DNA of 64,000 bases, taken from contig CAVTTU010000033.1 in the NCBI GenBank assembly GCA_963737535.1, positions 44,521-108,520 on the forward strand, given 5' to 3'. The translations under genes were made by a program, and so were the position numbers. Every line of letters begins with the position of its first letter. Position 1 is the stretch's first letter. The DNA is from an uncultured Solirubrobacterales bacterium (GTDB lineage Bacteria > Actinomycetota > Thermoleophilia > Solirubrobacterales > Solirubrobacteraceae). Below, in pieces: positions 12,219 through 25,257 of the stretch. The notes beneath the pieces were generated by a model. The model saw only the letters and a program-made list of their open reading frames with translations. It searched no databases and had not been told where the DNA came from.

Positions 12219-13664
12219 GTGCAGTCGCCACCGCCAGAGCGGCCACCGGGTTTCCCCAGGGTGGCGGCCGATGTCCGCCAGGAGTTCGCGACCCGCGGCC
12301 CGCTTCCGCCCGGCGAGTTGGGCTTCAGTCTGGCCCGCACCCACCGCTTCCAGCGCGAGACGCTGCAGACGCTGCTGAGCTATTACGAGCGCTACGGGCC
12401 GATCTTCGCCTTCCGCTCGCTGCACCGGCGGATCGTGGGGATGATCGGCCCGCAGGCCAACCATTTCGTCACCGTCTCCGGGGCGGAGAACTTCAGCTGG
12501 CGCAAGGGCATGTTCGGCGAGCAGCTCACGCCCCTGATCGGTGATGGGCTGATCACCACCGACTGGGCGTATCACGACCGGGCACGGCGGATCATGATGC
12601 CCGCCTTCCACCGTCAGCGTCTGGATGCGGCAGTCGAGGTGATGGTGCAGGAGGCCGACCGGGCGATGGCGACGTGGACTCCGGGCCGCACACTCGACGT
12701 CTACGAGTGGGTACGTGATCTGGCCATGTCCATCGCCATGCGAGCGCTGGTCGGGCTCGACCCGCGCTCGGGCGAGATCGGGCACCAGGCCGCGGTGCTG
12801 TTCGAGCGCGCGCTCGCCTTCTACGACACCGAGAGCTGGATGATGCTCCTGCGCGGCCCGGGAACGCCCTGGGCGCGGATGCTCGCCCACCGCCGCGGTC
12901 TGGACGACATCATCTACGCCGAGATCCAGCGCCGGCGTCACCCCGGGCGCTCGGGCGACGATGTGCTGTCCATGCTGCTCGAAGCCCGCGATGAGGACGG
13001 CGACGGATTCACTGACAGCGAGCTGCGTGACCAGCTGATGCACCTGCTGTTCGGGGGCCACGACACGACCTCCTCCACGATGTCCTTCCTGCTCTACGAG
13101 CTGAGCCGCCACCCCGAGGTGCTCGAGCGCGTCGTGGCCGAGCAGGAGGCGGTCCTCGACGGCCGCGCACCGACGGTCGAGGATCTGATCAGCCGGCTGC
13201 CGTACCTGTCGATGGTCGTCGACGAGACGCTGCGCCTGTATCCGCCCGTGTGGTTCGGGCCGCGCATGAGCGTCAAGGCGTTCCGCTTCGGCGGCTACGA
13301 CGTACCGGCCGGCGTTCACGTGATCCACAGCTCGTGGGTGAGCCATCGCCTGCCCGAGGTGTTTCCCAATCCCGAGGCGTTCATTCCCGAGCGCTTCACC
13401 CCCGAGGCCCGGCGACAGCTGCCACCGGGCGCCTACATCCCGTTCGGCGGTGGGCAGCGGGTCTGTATCGGCAAGCGTTTCGGGCAGCTGATGGTCAAGT
13501 CGGTGGCCACCTCGATCCTGCAGCGCTACGGCCTGGACCTGAAGCCCGGATACGAGCTGCGCGTGGCGAAGCTGCCAACGCTAAGCCCCGACGGCGGATT
13601 GCCGATGATCATCAGACCAGCACAACAGCCCGTGGCGACCCGCGATACCGTGCTGTCCACCTAG
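12219..13664 (+). CDS. Cytochrome P450
   Basis: I-helix FGGHDTT, ETLR, PERF and heme motif FGGGQRVCIG. GTG start chosen 8 nt after a TAGCGT -10-like box. Confidence 0.9.
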   Translation: MQSPPPERPPGFPRVAADVRQEFATRGPLPPGELGFSLARTHRFQRETLQTLLSYYERYGPIFAFRSLHRRIVGMIGPQANHFVTVSGAENFSWRKGMFGEQLTPLIGDGLITTDWAYHDRARRIMMPAFHRQRLDAAVEVMVQEADRAMATWTPGRTLDVYEWVRDLAMSIAMRALVGLDPRSGEIGHQAAVLFERALAFYDTESWMMLLRGPGTPWARMLAHRRGLDDIIYAEIQRRRHPGRSGDDVLSMLLEARDEDGDGFTDSELRDQLMHLLFGGHDTTSSTMSFLLYELSRHPEVLERVVAEQEAVLDGRAPTVEDLISRLPYLSMVVDETLRLYPPVWFGPRMSVKAFRFGGYDVPAGVHVIHSSWVSHRLPEVFPNPEAFIPERFTPEARRQLPPGAYIPFGGGQRVCIGKRFGQLMVKSVATSILQRYGLDLKPGYELRVAKLPTLSPDGGLPMIIRPAQQPVATRDTVLST

Positions 13665-13673
13665 CTAGAGGGG

Positions 13674-13696
13674 GAGCGGGTCGCGGCGACCCACTC
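13674..13696 (+). terminator. Hairpin after P450 gene
   Basis: GAGCGGGTCG-cgg-CGACCCACTC. Confidence 0.4.
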
Positions 13697-13722
13697 GCAC
13701 ACACCGACCATTGGAGAGGACG

Positions 13723-14499
13723 ATGCCCTCCGCGCCACAGATCCTTCCGACCCAGATCATGCAGGGAAGCGCACCCGGACTCAACTACCGCCTCGAGGGC
13801 GAGCTGGTTCCGGCACTGCATATGGCTCTGGACGGCCAGGTGCCCGTGTACTTCGAGCACCACGTACTGCTGTGGAAGTACCCGAGCATGCAGATCGGCA
13901 TGCATCCGCTGAAGAAGGGACTCAAGCGCCGCGTCTTCGGCGGGATGCCGCTGCTGATGCTGGAGGCGCAGTCGGCCGGTGAGCTCGCCTTCAGCCGCGA
14001 TGCCCCGGGTCACATCGTGGCCCTGCACCTGCAACCAGGCAACGGGATCGTGGTGCGCGAGCATCAGTTCCTGGCCGCGACAGCCAACGTCCAGTACGAC
14101 TACAGCCGGGTCAAGGGCTTCGCCAACATGATGTACGGCGGTGGCTTCTGGGTCGACGAATTCTTCGCCGGTGATCACGAGGGTGTGGTCTGGGTTCACG
14201 GCTACGGCAACATGTTCGAGAAGACGCTCGATGCCGGCGAGACCATCGACATCGAGCCCGGAGGGTGGGTGTTCCGAGACCACTCCGTGTCGATGGCCCA
14301 GGAGGTCTACGGCTTCAAGACCGGGCTCATGGGCGGGGGCGGCAGCCTGGTGTTCAACCGCTTCACCGGCCCGGGTCGCGTCGGCCTCCAGAGCGCGTAC
14401 TACCACCCGCCGGTGCAGGAGGGCAGCGGCGGCAACGCCCAGCGCGAGGGCGGCGGCGGGCTGCTGGGCGGCATCGTCGGCGGCATCCTTGACAACTAG
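13723..14499 (+). CDS. AIM24 (TRAP-like) family protein
   Basis: GELVP...FEHH, REHQFLAAT, HGYGN, IDIEPG and FTGPGRVGLQS motifs; Gly-rich GGLLGG tail; SD GGAGAGG. Confidence 0.8.
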   Translation: MPSAPQILPTQIMQGSAPGLNYRLEGELVPALHMALDGQVPVYFEHHVLLWKYPSMQIGMHPLKKGLKRRVFGGMPLLMLEAQSAGELAFSRDAPGHIVALHLQPGNGIVVREHQFLAATANVQYDYSRVKGFANMMYGGGFWVDEFFAGDHEGVVWVHGYGNMFEKTLDAGETIDIEPGGWVFRDHSVSMAQEVYGFKTGLMGGGGSLVFNRFTGPGRVGLQSAYYHPPVQEGSGGNAQREGGGGLLGGIVGGILDN

Positions 14500-14503
14500 T
14501 CCG

Positions 14504-15139
14504 ATGGGATTCAGCGCCGGTTATCTCGCCGAGCATCCTCTCCCGCCGGGGATCATCGGCTCGATGGGTCTCGCGGGCTATCAGCTGCTGGTCGACATCG
14601 CCGGCGTGGGCGCCGGACGGCTCGGTCCCCAGGCGTTCCTCCTCGTGGCGCCCGATCCCGATCCGGCCATCCCCGACGCCGGCACGCAGATCTCGCTCCA
14701 TCAGCAGAAGCTGCGCGATGAGGCCGAAATGGCGTCGTTCACGCAGCTCGCGGCCCAGCTCGGCTACATGCGCCTGTCGGGCTACCGGCTCGCGCTCGAG
14801 CGCTCGGGTCTGCGCAGCAAGATCAGCGTCGTCAACCCGGCGACCGGCGCGATCGCCGCGACGATCCCCGAAAAGCATCCCGGCCGGCTGTTCGGGGGTG
14901 GGGTCAGCGCCTCGAGCCTGCTGGCCAGCGTGCGCTCGCTACCCCCGGCCGGCGCCCCACCAGACACGCAGGATCCCGAGCTGATGCGCCAGGTGCTGCT
15001 GGCCCTGGCCCTGCGCGACGAGACGCTCGACGGCGCCCAGGCGGCCGAGACGGCCGACCGGGCGCTGGAGCTGGTATCGGGCAACCCGCAGCTCGATCCG
15101 CCGGCGGCGATCGAGGCGGCCAAGCAACAGGGCACATAG
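14504..15139 (+). CDS. Hypothetical protein, probably co-transcribed with AIM24
   Basis: ATG 4 nt after the AIM24 stop; GC3-biased frame; no recognised motif. Confidence 0.6.
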   Translation: MGFSAGYLAEHPLPPGIIGSMGLAGYQLLVDIAGVGAGRLGPQAFLLVAPDPDPAIPDAGTQISLHQQKLRDEAEMASFTQLAAQLGYMRLSGYRLALERSGLRSKISVVNPATGAIAATIPEKHPGRLFGGGVSASSLLASVRSLPPAGAPPDTQDPELMRQVLLALALRDETLDGAQAAETADRALELVSGNPQLDPPAAIEAAKQQGT

Positions 15140-15167
15140 CGCGGATCACGCGCGGCGAAGGGGGGAG

Positions 15168-15240
15168 TGGAGCTAGCGGGATTCGAACCCGCGACCTTTC
15201 GGCTGCCAGCCGAACGCTCTCCCAGCTGAGCTATAGCCCC
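15168..15240 (-). tRNA. tRNA-Ala (anticodon GGC); CCA not encoded
   Basis: Reverse complement is GGGGCTATAGCTCAGCTGGGAGAGCGTTCGGCTGGCAGCCGAAAGGTCGCGGGTTCGAATCCCGCTAGCTCCA; G3:U70 pair and TTCGAAT T-loop. Confidence 0.97.
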
Positions 15241-15293
15241 TCCGGTGAAAACGAACTTCGACCAAGGTTAATACAAGGCCGCGGCCGGCGACC

Positions 15294-16001
15294 CTACCCG
15301 GGCGGGATGAACTCGGGCACGTCGAACGGATCGCTCTCGTCAGCCGCCGCGCGGCCGCCGCGCCGGCGCGGGGCGGACTCGGGGGCGATCCCGCCGTCGA
15401 CGCGGTCGAGCTGGGCCAGCATCCGCGAGTGGATCATCTGCACGTCGCGCAGCAGGCGCTCGGCGTTGGAGCGCAGCGAGTCGCCCATCTCGCGAAGGTT
15501 GTCGACGATCTCGAGTCCCTCGGTGCGAACATCGCTGGCCGCCGTCCGGGCGTCGCGCAAGATCTCGCGGGCCTTGGTCTCGGCCTCCGAGCGCATCCGG
15601 GCCGCGTCCTCGCGGGCCTCGCCAACCACCTTGTCGGCGTTCTCCTGAGCGCGTCCGACGATTGCCAGGGCCTCGCTGGTGGCGTCGGCCACGGCCTTGG
15701 CCGAGTCGGCGCGGGCGGAGTCACGGACCGCGGCCGCCTCCGTCTCTGCATCGCGCACCAGCTCAGCGGCCTCCTCCTCGGCGGCGGCCACGCGGTTCTC
15801 CGCCGCCCGCTGTCCTTCGGCGATCCGCTCGCGGACACGGTTCTCGGTCTGCGCCACCATGCGTTTGGCCGAGTCCTCGGCGGCAGCGACGATCGACGCG
15901 ACCTGCTCGGCTGCCGCTGCGGCGCTCCGCGCCCGACCCGGTCCGCGGGCGTGTGGTGCATCGTCCGGCGGGCGTGGTCCCGGAGGCTTCTCCTCGGACA
16001 C
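15294..16001 (-). CDS. DivIVA/Scy-like Ala/Glu/Arg-rich coiled-coil protein with FtsZ-tail-like C-terminus
   Basis: Repetitive AEEEAAELVRDAE-type coiled coil; ends DESDPFDVPEFIPPG; GTG start 7 nt after TACCAT. Confidence 0.7.
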   Translation of the reverse strand: MSEEKPPGPRPPDDAPHARGPGRARSAAAAAEQVASIVAAAEDSAKRMVAQTENRVRERIAEGQRAAENRVAAAEEEAAELVRDAETEAAAVRDSARADSAKAVADATSEALAIVGRAQENADKVVGEAREDAARMRSEAETKAREILRDARTAASDVRTEGLEIVDNLREMGDSLRSNAERLLRDVQMIHSRMLAQLDRVDGGIAPESAPRRRGGRAAADESDPFDVPEFIPPG

Positions 16002-16071
16002 GGCGCCGATGGTAGAGGGGGCAAGTCCCGTGGACCGCAATAAACGCACCGTCAGTAACCTGCGATCAGCG

Positions 16072-18566
<2,495 letters not shown>

Positions 18567-18569
18567 GTC

Positions 18570-19028
18570 GTGGCTGCGCTCTATGTCGCAGTGGTGGGCG
18601 CCGGCGACGCGGATCCGGAGCTCGACGCGGCAGCCGAGCTGGTCGGGCAGGGCCTGGCCGAGGCAGGCGCGGTCATCGTCTGCGGTGGTCTCGGCGGCGT
18701 GATGGCCGCCGCCTGTCGCGGCGCCCGCTCGGCGGGCGCTACGACGATCGGCCTGCTTCCGGGAACCGACCGCCAGGCGGCCAATCAGTGGGTGCAGATC
18801 GCCATCCCCACCGGGCTGGGCGAGCTTCGCAACGGGCTGATCATCCGCGCGGCCGACGTTGTCGTGGCCGTCGGTGGCGAGTACGGCACGCTGTCCGAGG
18901 TGGCCCTGGCCCTGAAGACCCGCGTACCGGTCGTCGGCCTCGGCACATGGGACATCCGTGGGGTGGAGGCGGTCGACGATCCGGGCGCGGCGGTAAAGCG
19001 GGCACTCGCCCTAGGCCGCGTGGGCTGA
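18570..19028 (+). CDS. TIGR00725 / LOG-SLOG family nucleotide-binding protein
   Basis: CGGLGGVMAA, TIGLLP, TGLGELRN and GGEYGTLSE motifs. Confidence 0.85.
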   Translation: MAALYVAVVGAGDADPELDAAAELVGQGLAEAGAVIVCGGLGGVMAAACRGARSAGATTIGLLPGTDRQAANQWVQIAIPTGLGELRNGLIIRAADVVVAVGGEYGTLSEVALALKTRVPVVGLGTWDIRGVEAVDDPGAAVKRALALGRVG

Positions 19029-19230
19029 CTCGTCGCCGTCGAGCTGGGCGCGAGCGCGCCCGCCAGGACCTCCAGCCGCGCTCGCGGCAACGGTCCGAGC
19101 ATCTGCTCGATCACCGCGTCGTGGGTGGCGCGCGCCACCGACCGCCGCTGCGAATGGACGCCGGCGCCTGCCCGGGCACCGGCGGACGGCGCCGGCGCTG
19201 CCCGCCGCCCGGATACCTAGACTGAGATAG

Positions 19231-20210
19231 GTGCCGGCCTTCAAACCCGCCTACCTGATCCATGGGGACGACCACGGCCGCATTGCCGAGCGCCGCACAC
19301 GCCTGCGCGAGCTGGCCGAGGTGGAGAGCGGGGTGCAGGGACTCGAGGTCTTCGAGGGCGATGCCGCCACCCCGACACCGTGGCCGCCGCCCTGAACGCG
19401 ATGACGTTCGCCATCGGCCGGCGCTTCATCGTGGTCGACGGCGTCGAGGGCTGGAAGGACAAGGACCTCGAACCGCTCGAGTCGGCCCTGGCGGCGATCG
19501 CGCCCGATACGACGATCGCCTTCTTCGCCCGCGAGGAAGGACGGACGAAGGCTCCGGCGCGGCTGCACGAGGCGGTCCTGGCGGCCGGGGGCGACGTCAG
19601 CGCCGAGGCGAGCGTGAAGCCGTGGGAGCTGCCCAAGTGGGTCATCGCCCGCGGGCGGGAGCTCGGGCTGCAGCTCGACATCGAGGCGGCGCGGGCGCTC
19701 CTGCAGCAGGTCGGTGATCGTCAGCAACGGCTGCTGCGGGAGCTCGAGAAGCTGGCCCTGCGGTTCGGCCCGGACGCGTCGTTGACCGCCGCGGAGATCG
19801 ACGAGCTGAGCGCCGCCTCGGCCGAGCGCAAGGCATGGTCGCTGGCCGACACGCTGGTGGCCGGCGAGGCGCCGGCCGCCGTTAGCTCGTACCTCGCGCT
19901 GCGCGCCCAGGGCGAGCGAGTGCCGGGCCTTCTGTACTGGATGGCGGGTCGCGTGCGCGCCGCTCACGACATCGCCCGGGCGGTCGAGGCGGGCGCGCCG
20001 CCGGCTCAGATCAAGCGTGGGCTGCGGATGCCGTCGCGCGCGGCCGATCGCCTCATCGCCGATGCTCGCGAGAGCGGTAGCGACAAGCTTCGTCAGGCGC
20101 TGGAGGAGATCGCCGACCTCGAGCTGGCCTCGCGTGGCGGCGGCTCCGGAGTGGCCGCCGAGGACACCGTGGCGCTGCTCAGCATCCGGCGGATAACCGC
20201 CAAGACCTAG
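19231..20210 (+). CDS. holA: DNA polymerase III delta subunit; apparent frameshift at ~19378
   Basis: MPAFKPAYLIHGDD start, then ...VGDRQQRLLRELEKLAL; canonical position between leuS and rpsT. Confidence 0.85.
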
Positions 20211-21374
20211 ACGAGCTTCAGGATCATCGCCACCGCGACGAGGATCGCCACGAGCACGATCAGCGCCACCGCCCGACCGGCCCACACCGCGCCGGAAGCG
20301 GTGGAGTAAGTCCGGCGGGGCGTGAACGTTCGCTCTGGCGGGGCCGCGAGGCCAGCCCGCGAGGCCTCGGCACGAGCCTCCTCGGCCGCGTGGCGGGCCT
20401 TGTCACGTTCGCGGATCGTCTTGTCGCGGGCGCGCGCCGCCTTGTCGCGCTCGCGTGCGGCCAGGCCGGCGGCGCTGCGGGCCTCGTCGCGGTCGCGTCG
20501 GGCCAGCTCGAGTGCGGCGGTGAGTTCGTCGCGTTCGAGCCGCACGCGAGATGGTTTCCGTGCGCGCCTCCTCGGCCGTCCGCAGCGCATCGTCGCGCGC
20601 CAGCCCGGCCCGCTCCGCGCTACGCAGTGCCATGGCACGCTCGCTGCCCAGCCGTTCGGAGGCACGGACCGCCGCGCCACGCTCGGACCGCGCCTCGGCC
20701 GTTTCGCTGCGAGCCAGCTGGCAGGCCCGGATGGCCTCCTCGCGCTCGGCGCGTGCCGAGGCCACCGCCTCATGAAACTCGCCGCGCGCACGCTCGAGCT
20801 CGTCCACCGCCTGGCCGCGCTCGCGCTGGGCGACCTCGAGCGCGGCCAGCGCGGCGTCGCGCCGGGCCGTGGCGGCCACGGCCTGTACGTGCGCATCGCG
20901 CAGCTCATCGAGCTGCTCGCGCAGGAGGTGGTTTCGACGCTGCTCCTCGGCCAGCTTCCGCGACAGCGCGTCGGCGTCGGTCGCCTCGGACCTGGCCAGC
21001 ACGAAGGAATCCCGCCCGGAGGGAATCGGGGCTCCGGGCACATCGGCCCCCGGAGCCGGCAGGCTGACGGCGATATCCGGTGCGACGCTCAGCTCGAGGT
21101 CGGACACGGATTCCGCGGCCAGGTCCCATGGAAAGGCGGCCACCCAGGGCTCGGCCTCCTCGGCTGGCCAGGGCTTGTGCTCGAGGTCGGCCAGCAGCCG
21201 GATCCGGCCGGCCGCGGTGCGGAGCATGAGCGTGGGTCGTACGAAGCGCCGACCGCGCACGCCGTACCATCGGCCGCGCATAGCCAGTCGGCCATCGTCG
21301 TGCGCCTCGAGCTGCTCGAGCTCGAAAAAGATCGTCCCCGGATCGCTGGCCGGCGGCCCGACAAGCGGTGCCAT
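20207..21374 (-). CDS. Hypothetical protein: N-terminal globular domain, long coiled coil, C-terminal TM anchor; apparent frameshift at ~20545
   Basis: ORF 20403..21374 joined to the tail of ORF 20207..21043 (…ERDELTAALE…RAVALIVLVAILVAVAMILKLV). Confidence 0.65.
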
Positions 21375-21412
21375 ACCCGCCCTACCTACCCAGCAGCGGC
21401 CGGATCAGACCA

Positions 21413-21676
21413 CTAGTTCGTGCCGCGGCGAATGCGGGCGGCACGGGACTTCTTGCGGGCTCCGCTGTTGCGATGGAGCGCGCCACGCTTGACGGCCTTG
21501 TCGATCGTCTGGACGAGCGTCCGGTGCTCGCCGTCGGCCGCCGAGTCGTCGCCCCCGGCGACAGCATTCTCAAGCCGGCGGAAGTAGGTCTTGATCTTCG
21601 AGGTGTAGCGACGATTCTCGAGCCGCTCGCGGGCGGCACGCTCGATTCGCTTCTTCTGTGAGTGGATGTTCGCCAT
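21413..21676 (-). CDS. rpsT: 30S ribosomal protein S20
   Basis: MANIHSQKKR...IDKAVKRGALHRNSGARKKSR. Confidence 0.97.
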   Translation of the reverse strand: MANIHSQKKRIERAARERLENRRYTSKIKTYFRRLENAVAGGDDSAADGEHRTLVQTIDKAVKRGALHRNSGARKKSRAARIRRGTN

Positions 21677-21789
21677 GGAAGTGCTCCGCGGGACGTCCCG
21701 GTCCGCGTCCTGACATCAACGCTCGACCTCACGTCTCGCTGAAAAGCCGCGACTGATCTGCCGCGGCGCGTCCGTACTATAGCGGCCGC

Positions 21790-23416
21790 GTGTCGCCAGA
21801 AACGAGTACGGCAGCGGACGAGCAGGGCAAGCCGCCTCCGCCCAGCCCGCCACGGCGTCGCCTGGCCGTGAACACCGCGATCGTCGCGGTGGCGACGGCC
21901 CTGTCTCGGATCGCCGGCCTGGCCCGCGAGGTCGTCCAGGCGGCGTTCTTCGCCACCTCGGCGGCGGCATCGGCCTTCACGCTCGCCTCGCAGGTCCCGA
22001 ATCTGTTCAGCAACCTGTTCTCGCAGGCGGCCCTGTCGGCGGCATTCGTCCCCGTGTTCACCGACCTGTTGCAGGCCGGGCGCAAGCGCGAGGCGTTCAG
22101 GCTCGCCTCGACGCTGTTCTGGGTCATCCTGATCGGGCTCGGGGCGCTGACCTTGCTGTGGCTGGCGGTGGCCGGGCTGATCGTCCCGCTCTTCACCGGC
22201 AGCCTCAGCGCGACCGCCACCGCCCTCACCGCTTCTCTCTCGCGCGTGCTGTTCCCGGTCGTTCTGCTGCTGAGCCTGACCGGACTGTTCGTGGGGATTC
22301 TGCAGTCCTACGACGAGTTCACGATCCCCGCCCTGGCGCCGGCGATCTGGAACCTGATCATCCTCGTCCTCCTGATCTTCCTGCATTCCCGCTTCCACGG
22401 GGCCAACAAGATCTACGCCTACGCGATCGCGTGGCTGGTGGCGACGTTCGTGCAGATGCTGATCGTTGCGGCGGCCCTGAGACGGGTCGACTTCAAGGTC
22501 ATGTTCAGCGTGGACTGGGGCGACCCACGGATGCATCAGGTGCTGATCCTGTTTGTGCCGGTAACGGTGAGCATCGGGATCGTCAACCTCGACATCTTCA
22601 TCAACGCCGGCTTCGGGTCGCTCGTCTCGAGCCACGCTCCGGCGGCCATCAACAACGCGTTCCGCATCTACATGCTCCCGCAGGGGATCTTCAGCGTGGC
22701 CGTCTCGACCGTCCTGTTCCCAACGCTGAGCCGGCTGGCCGCGCGGCGGGACGTCGGCGGCATGCGCCGCACGCTGGGCAACGGGATGCGTCAGATCAAT
22801 CTGCTCCTGATCCCCTCCTCGGCGCTGCTCCTGGTCCTGGCCACGCCGATCACCCGGCTCGTCTATCAGCACGGAACGTTCGGGGCCTACTCCACCCATC
22901 TGGTCTCGACCGCGCTGTTCTGGTTCTCGTTCAGCCTGCCGTTCGCCGGCCTCAACCTGCTGCTCACGCGCACCTTCTTCGCCCTCCAGCGGCCGTGGAT
23001 CCCCACCAAGCTGGCCGCGCTCAACATGATCGTGGACGCGATCGTCAGCATCGCGCTGTACAAGCCGTTGGGCATCGCCGGTCTGGTGATCGGCACCGCC
23101 GTGGCCAACATCGTGATGACGGCTCTGCAGCTATACCGCCTGCGCCTCGGCTTCAACGGCCATCTCCAGGGCGGGCAGACCCTGATGATCACCGTCCGGA
23201 TCGCCGTCGCCACCGTGATCATGGCCGCGCTCGGCCCGCGGGATCTGGACCGGGTTGGATTCGCTGCTCGGGCGGTCCCTGCTGGCTCAGGTGATCGAGG
23301 TCGGCGTCGCCTCGGCCGTCGCCTTCTTTATCTACGCGAAGCTCGTGCTCACGATGCGCGTGCCGGAGGCGCGACAGATCGAGACGCTGATCATGGGCCG
23401 GCTCCGCCGCGCGTAG
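21790..23416 (+). CDS. murJ: Lipid II flippase MurJ (MviN); apparent frameshift at ~23235
   Basis: [17 protein letters not shown] and [19 protein letters not shown] motifs; true C-terminus (…[20 protein letters not shown]) lies in another frame ending at 23416. Confidence 0.9.
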
Positions 23417-23451
23417 CGCCCAAGCCGGCGCCAAATACCCTAGTGAGAGAA

Positions 23452-25257
23452 ATGCCCGACCAGGCACACATTCGCAACTTCTCGATCATCGCCCACATCG
23501 ACCATGGGAAGTCGACCCTGGCCGATCGAATCCTCGAGCTGACCCATACCGTGGACCCGCGGACCATGCGCGCCCAGCTGCTCGACTCGATGGACCTCGA
23601 GCGAGAGCGCGGGATCACGATCAAGGCGCAGGCGGTGCGCGTGTTCTACGAGGCCGGCGATGGCCAGGCCTATCAGCTGCATCTGATCGACACGCCGGGG
23701 CACGTGGACTTCACCTACGAGGTGTCTCGTTCGCTGGCCGCCTGCGAGGGCGCGCTGCTGGTCGTCGACGCCTCGCAGGGCGTCGAGGCCCAGACCGTGG
23801 CCAACACCTACCTGGCCATCGAGTCCGGGCTCGAGCTGATCCCCTGCCTCAACAAGGTCGACCTGCCCGGTGCCGAGCCCGAGCGCGTTTCCGAGGAGGT
23901 CGCCGAGCTCCTCGGGGAGCCGGCCGACAGCGTGCGCAGGATCAGTGCCAAGACCGGGGAGGGCGTGACCGCGGTGCTCGACGAGCTGATCGAGCGCGTG
24001 CCGCCGCCGAGCGGCGATCCGGACGGGTCCCCGCGGGCGCTGATCTTCGACTCGGAGTTCGACCAGTATCGCGGCGTGATCGCGTACATCCGGGTGGTCG
24101 ATGGGACCTTCACCAAGGGCGAGGCGATCCGCGCCATGCAGGCCGGCACCGAGGCCGACATCGACGACATCGGCTTCTTCACGCCGCAGATGACGTCGGC
24201 CGACGCGCTCCACGCCGGCGAGGTCGGGTTCCTGATCACCGGGATCAAGGACGTGACGAGGCTGCGCGTGGGCGACACGCTGACCACGCGCGCCAACCCG
24301 GCCCATGAGCCGTTGCCCGGCTACCGCGAGGTCAAGCCGATGGTGTTCTGCGGCCTGTTCCCGATCGACTCCGACGACTATCCGGATCTCCGCGACGCGC
24401 TCGAGAAGCTGACCCTCAACGACGCCGCGCTGAGCTGGGAGCCCGAGACGAGCGACGCGCTGGGGTTCGGCTTCCGCTGCGGCTTTCTGGGCCTGCTGCA
24501 CATGGACATCGTTCGCGAGCGTCTCGAGCGCGAGTACGACCTTGAGCTGCTGGCCACCATGCCCAGCGTCGAGTATGAGGTGACGCTCACGGACGGCTCC
24601 GTCGTGCCCGTGCACAGCCCCAACGACATGCCCGACCCGGCCAAGGTGCAGGAGATCCGCGAGCCCTACATCCGTGCCTCGATCCTGACCCCGAAGGAGT
24701 TCGTGGGGGCGATCATGGAGCTCTGCCAGGAGCGGCGCGGCGAGCACTCGGGAATGCACTACCTGAGCGCCGAGCGCCTGCAGCTGACCTACGACCTACC
24801 GCTGGCCGAGATCGTGCTCGACTTCTTCGACCAGCTCAAGTCGCGCACCCGCGGCTACGCCTCGCTCGACTACGAGCTGATCGGAATGCGCGAATCGGAC
24901 CTGGTCAAGCTCGACATCCTGCTCGGGGGCGACCCGGTGGACGCGCTGTCGATGCTCGTGCACAGGAGCAAGGCCTACGAGGCGGGCCGCACCCTGACCG
25001 AGAAGCTGCGCCAGAAGATCCCGCGCCAGCAGTACGACGTCCCGATTCAGGCGGCGATCGGTTCGCGGATCGTGGCCCGTGAGACGATCAAGGCGTACCG
25101 GAAGGACGTGATCGCCAAGTGCTACGGGGGGGACATCACCCGCAAGCGCAAGCTGCTCGAGCAGCAGAAGAAGGGCAAGCAGCGGATGAAGCAGGTGGGT
25201 CGGATCGAGGTGCCCCAGGAGGCGTTCCTGGCCGTGCTCGAGCTGGGGGAGAAATAG
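23452..25257 (+). CDS. lepA: Elongation factor 4 (LepA)
   Basis: [31 protein letters not shown] and [14 protein letters not shown] motifs. Confidence 0.97.
   Translation: MPDQAHIRNFSIIAHIDHGKSTLADRILELTHTVDPRTMRAQLLDSMDLERERGITIKAQAVRVFYEAGDGQAYQLHLIDTPGHVDFTYEVSRSLAACEGALLVVDASQGVEAQTVANTYLAIESGLELIPCLNKVDLPGAEPERVSEEVAELLGEPADSVRRISAKTGEGVTAVLDELIERVPPPSGDPDGSPRALIFDSEFDQYRGVIAYIRVVDGTFTKGEAIRAMQAGTEADIDDIGFFTPQMTSADALHAGEVGFLITGIKDVTRLRVGDTLTTRANPAHEPLPGYREVKPMVFCGLFPIDSDDYPDLRDALEKLTLNDAALSWEPETSDALGFGFRCGFLGLLHMDIVRERLEREYDLELLATMPSVEYEVTLTDGSVVPVHSPNDMPDPAKVQEIREPYIRASILTPKEFVGAIMELCQERRGEHSGMHYLSAERLQLTYDLPLAEIVLDFFDQLKSRTRGYASLDYELIGMRESDLVKLDILLGGDPVDALSMLVHRSKAYEAGRTLTEKLRQKIPRQQYDVPIQAAIGSRIVARETIKAYRKDVIAKCYGGDITRKRKLLEQQKKGKQRMKQVGRIEVPQEAFLAVLELGEK

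Noticed and set aside
10426-15240. Integrative element at tRNA-Ala
   Set aside because: No integrase and no duplicated tRNA 3' end found in the window.
21790-25257. Apparent 1155-aa MurJ-LepA fusion
   Set aside because: The linker is out-of-frame junk. The proper MurJ C-terminus and stop (23416) lie in another frame and lepA has its own ATG at 23452, so this is an indel artefact.
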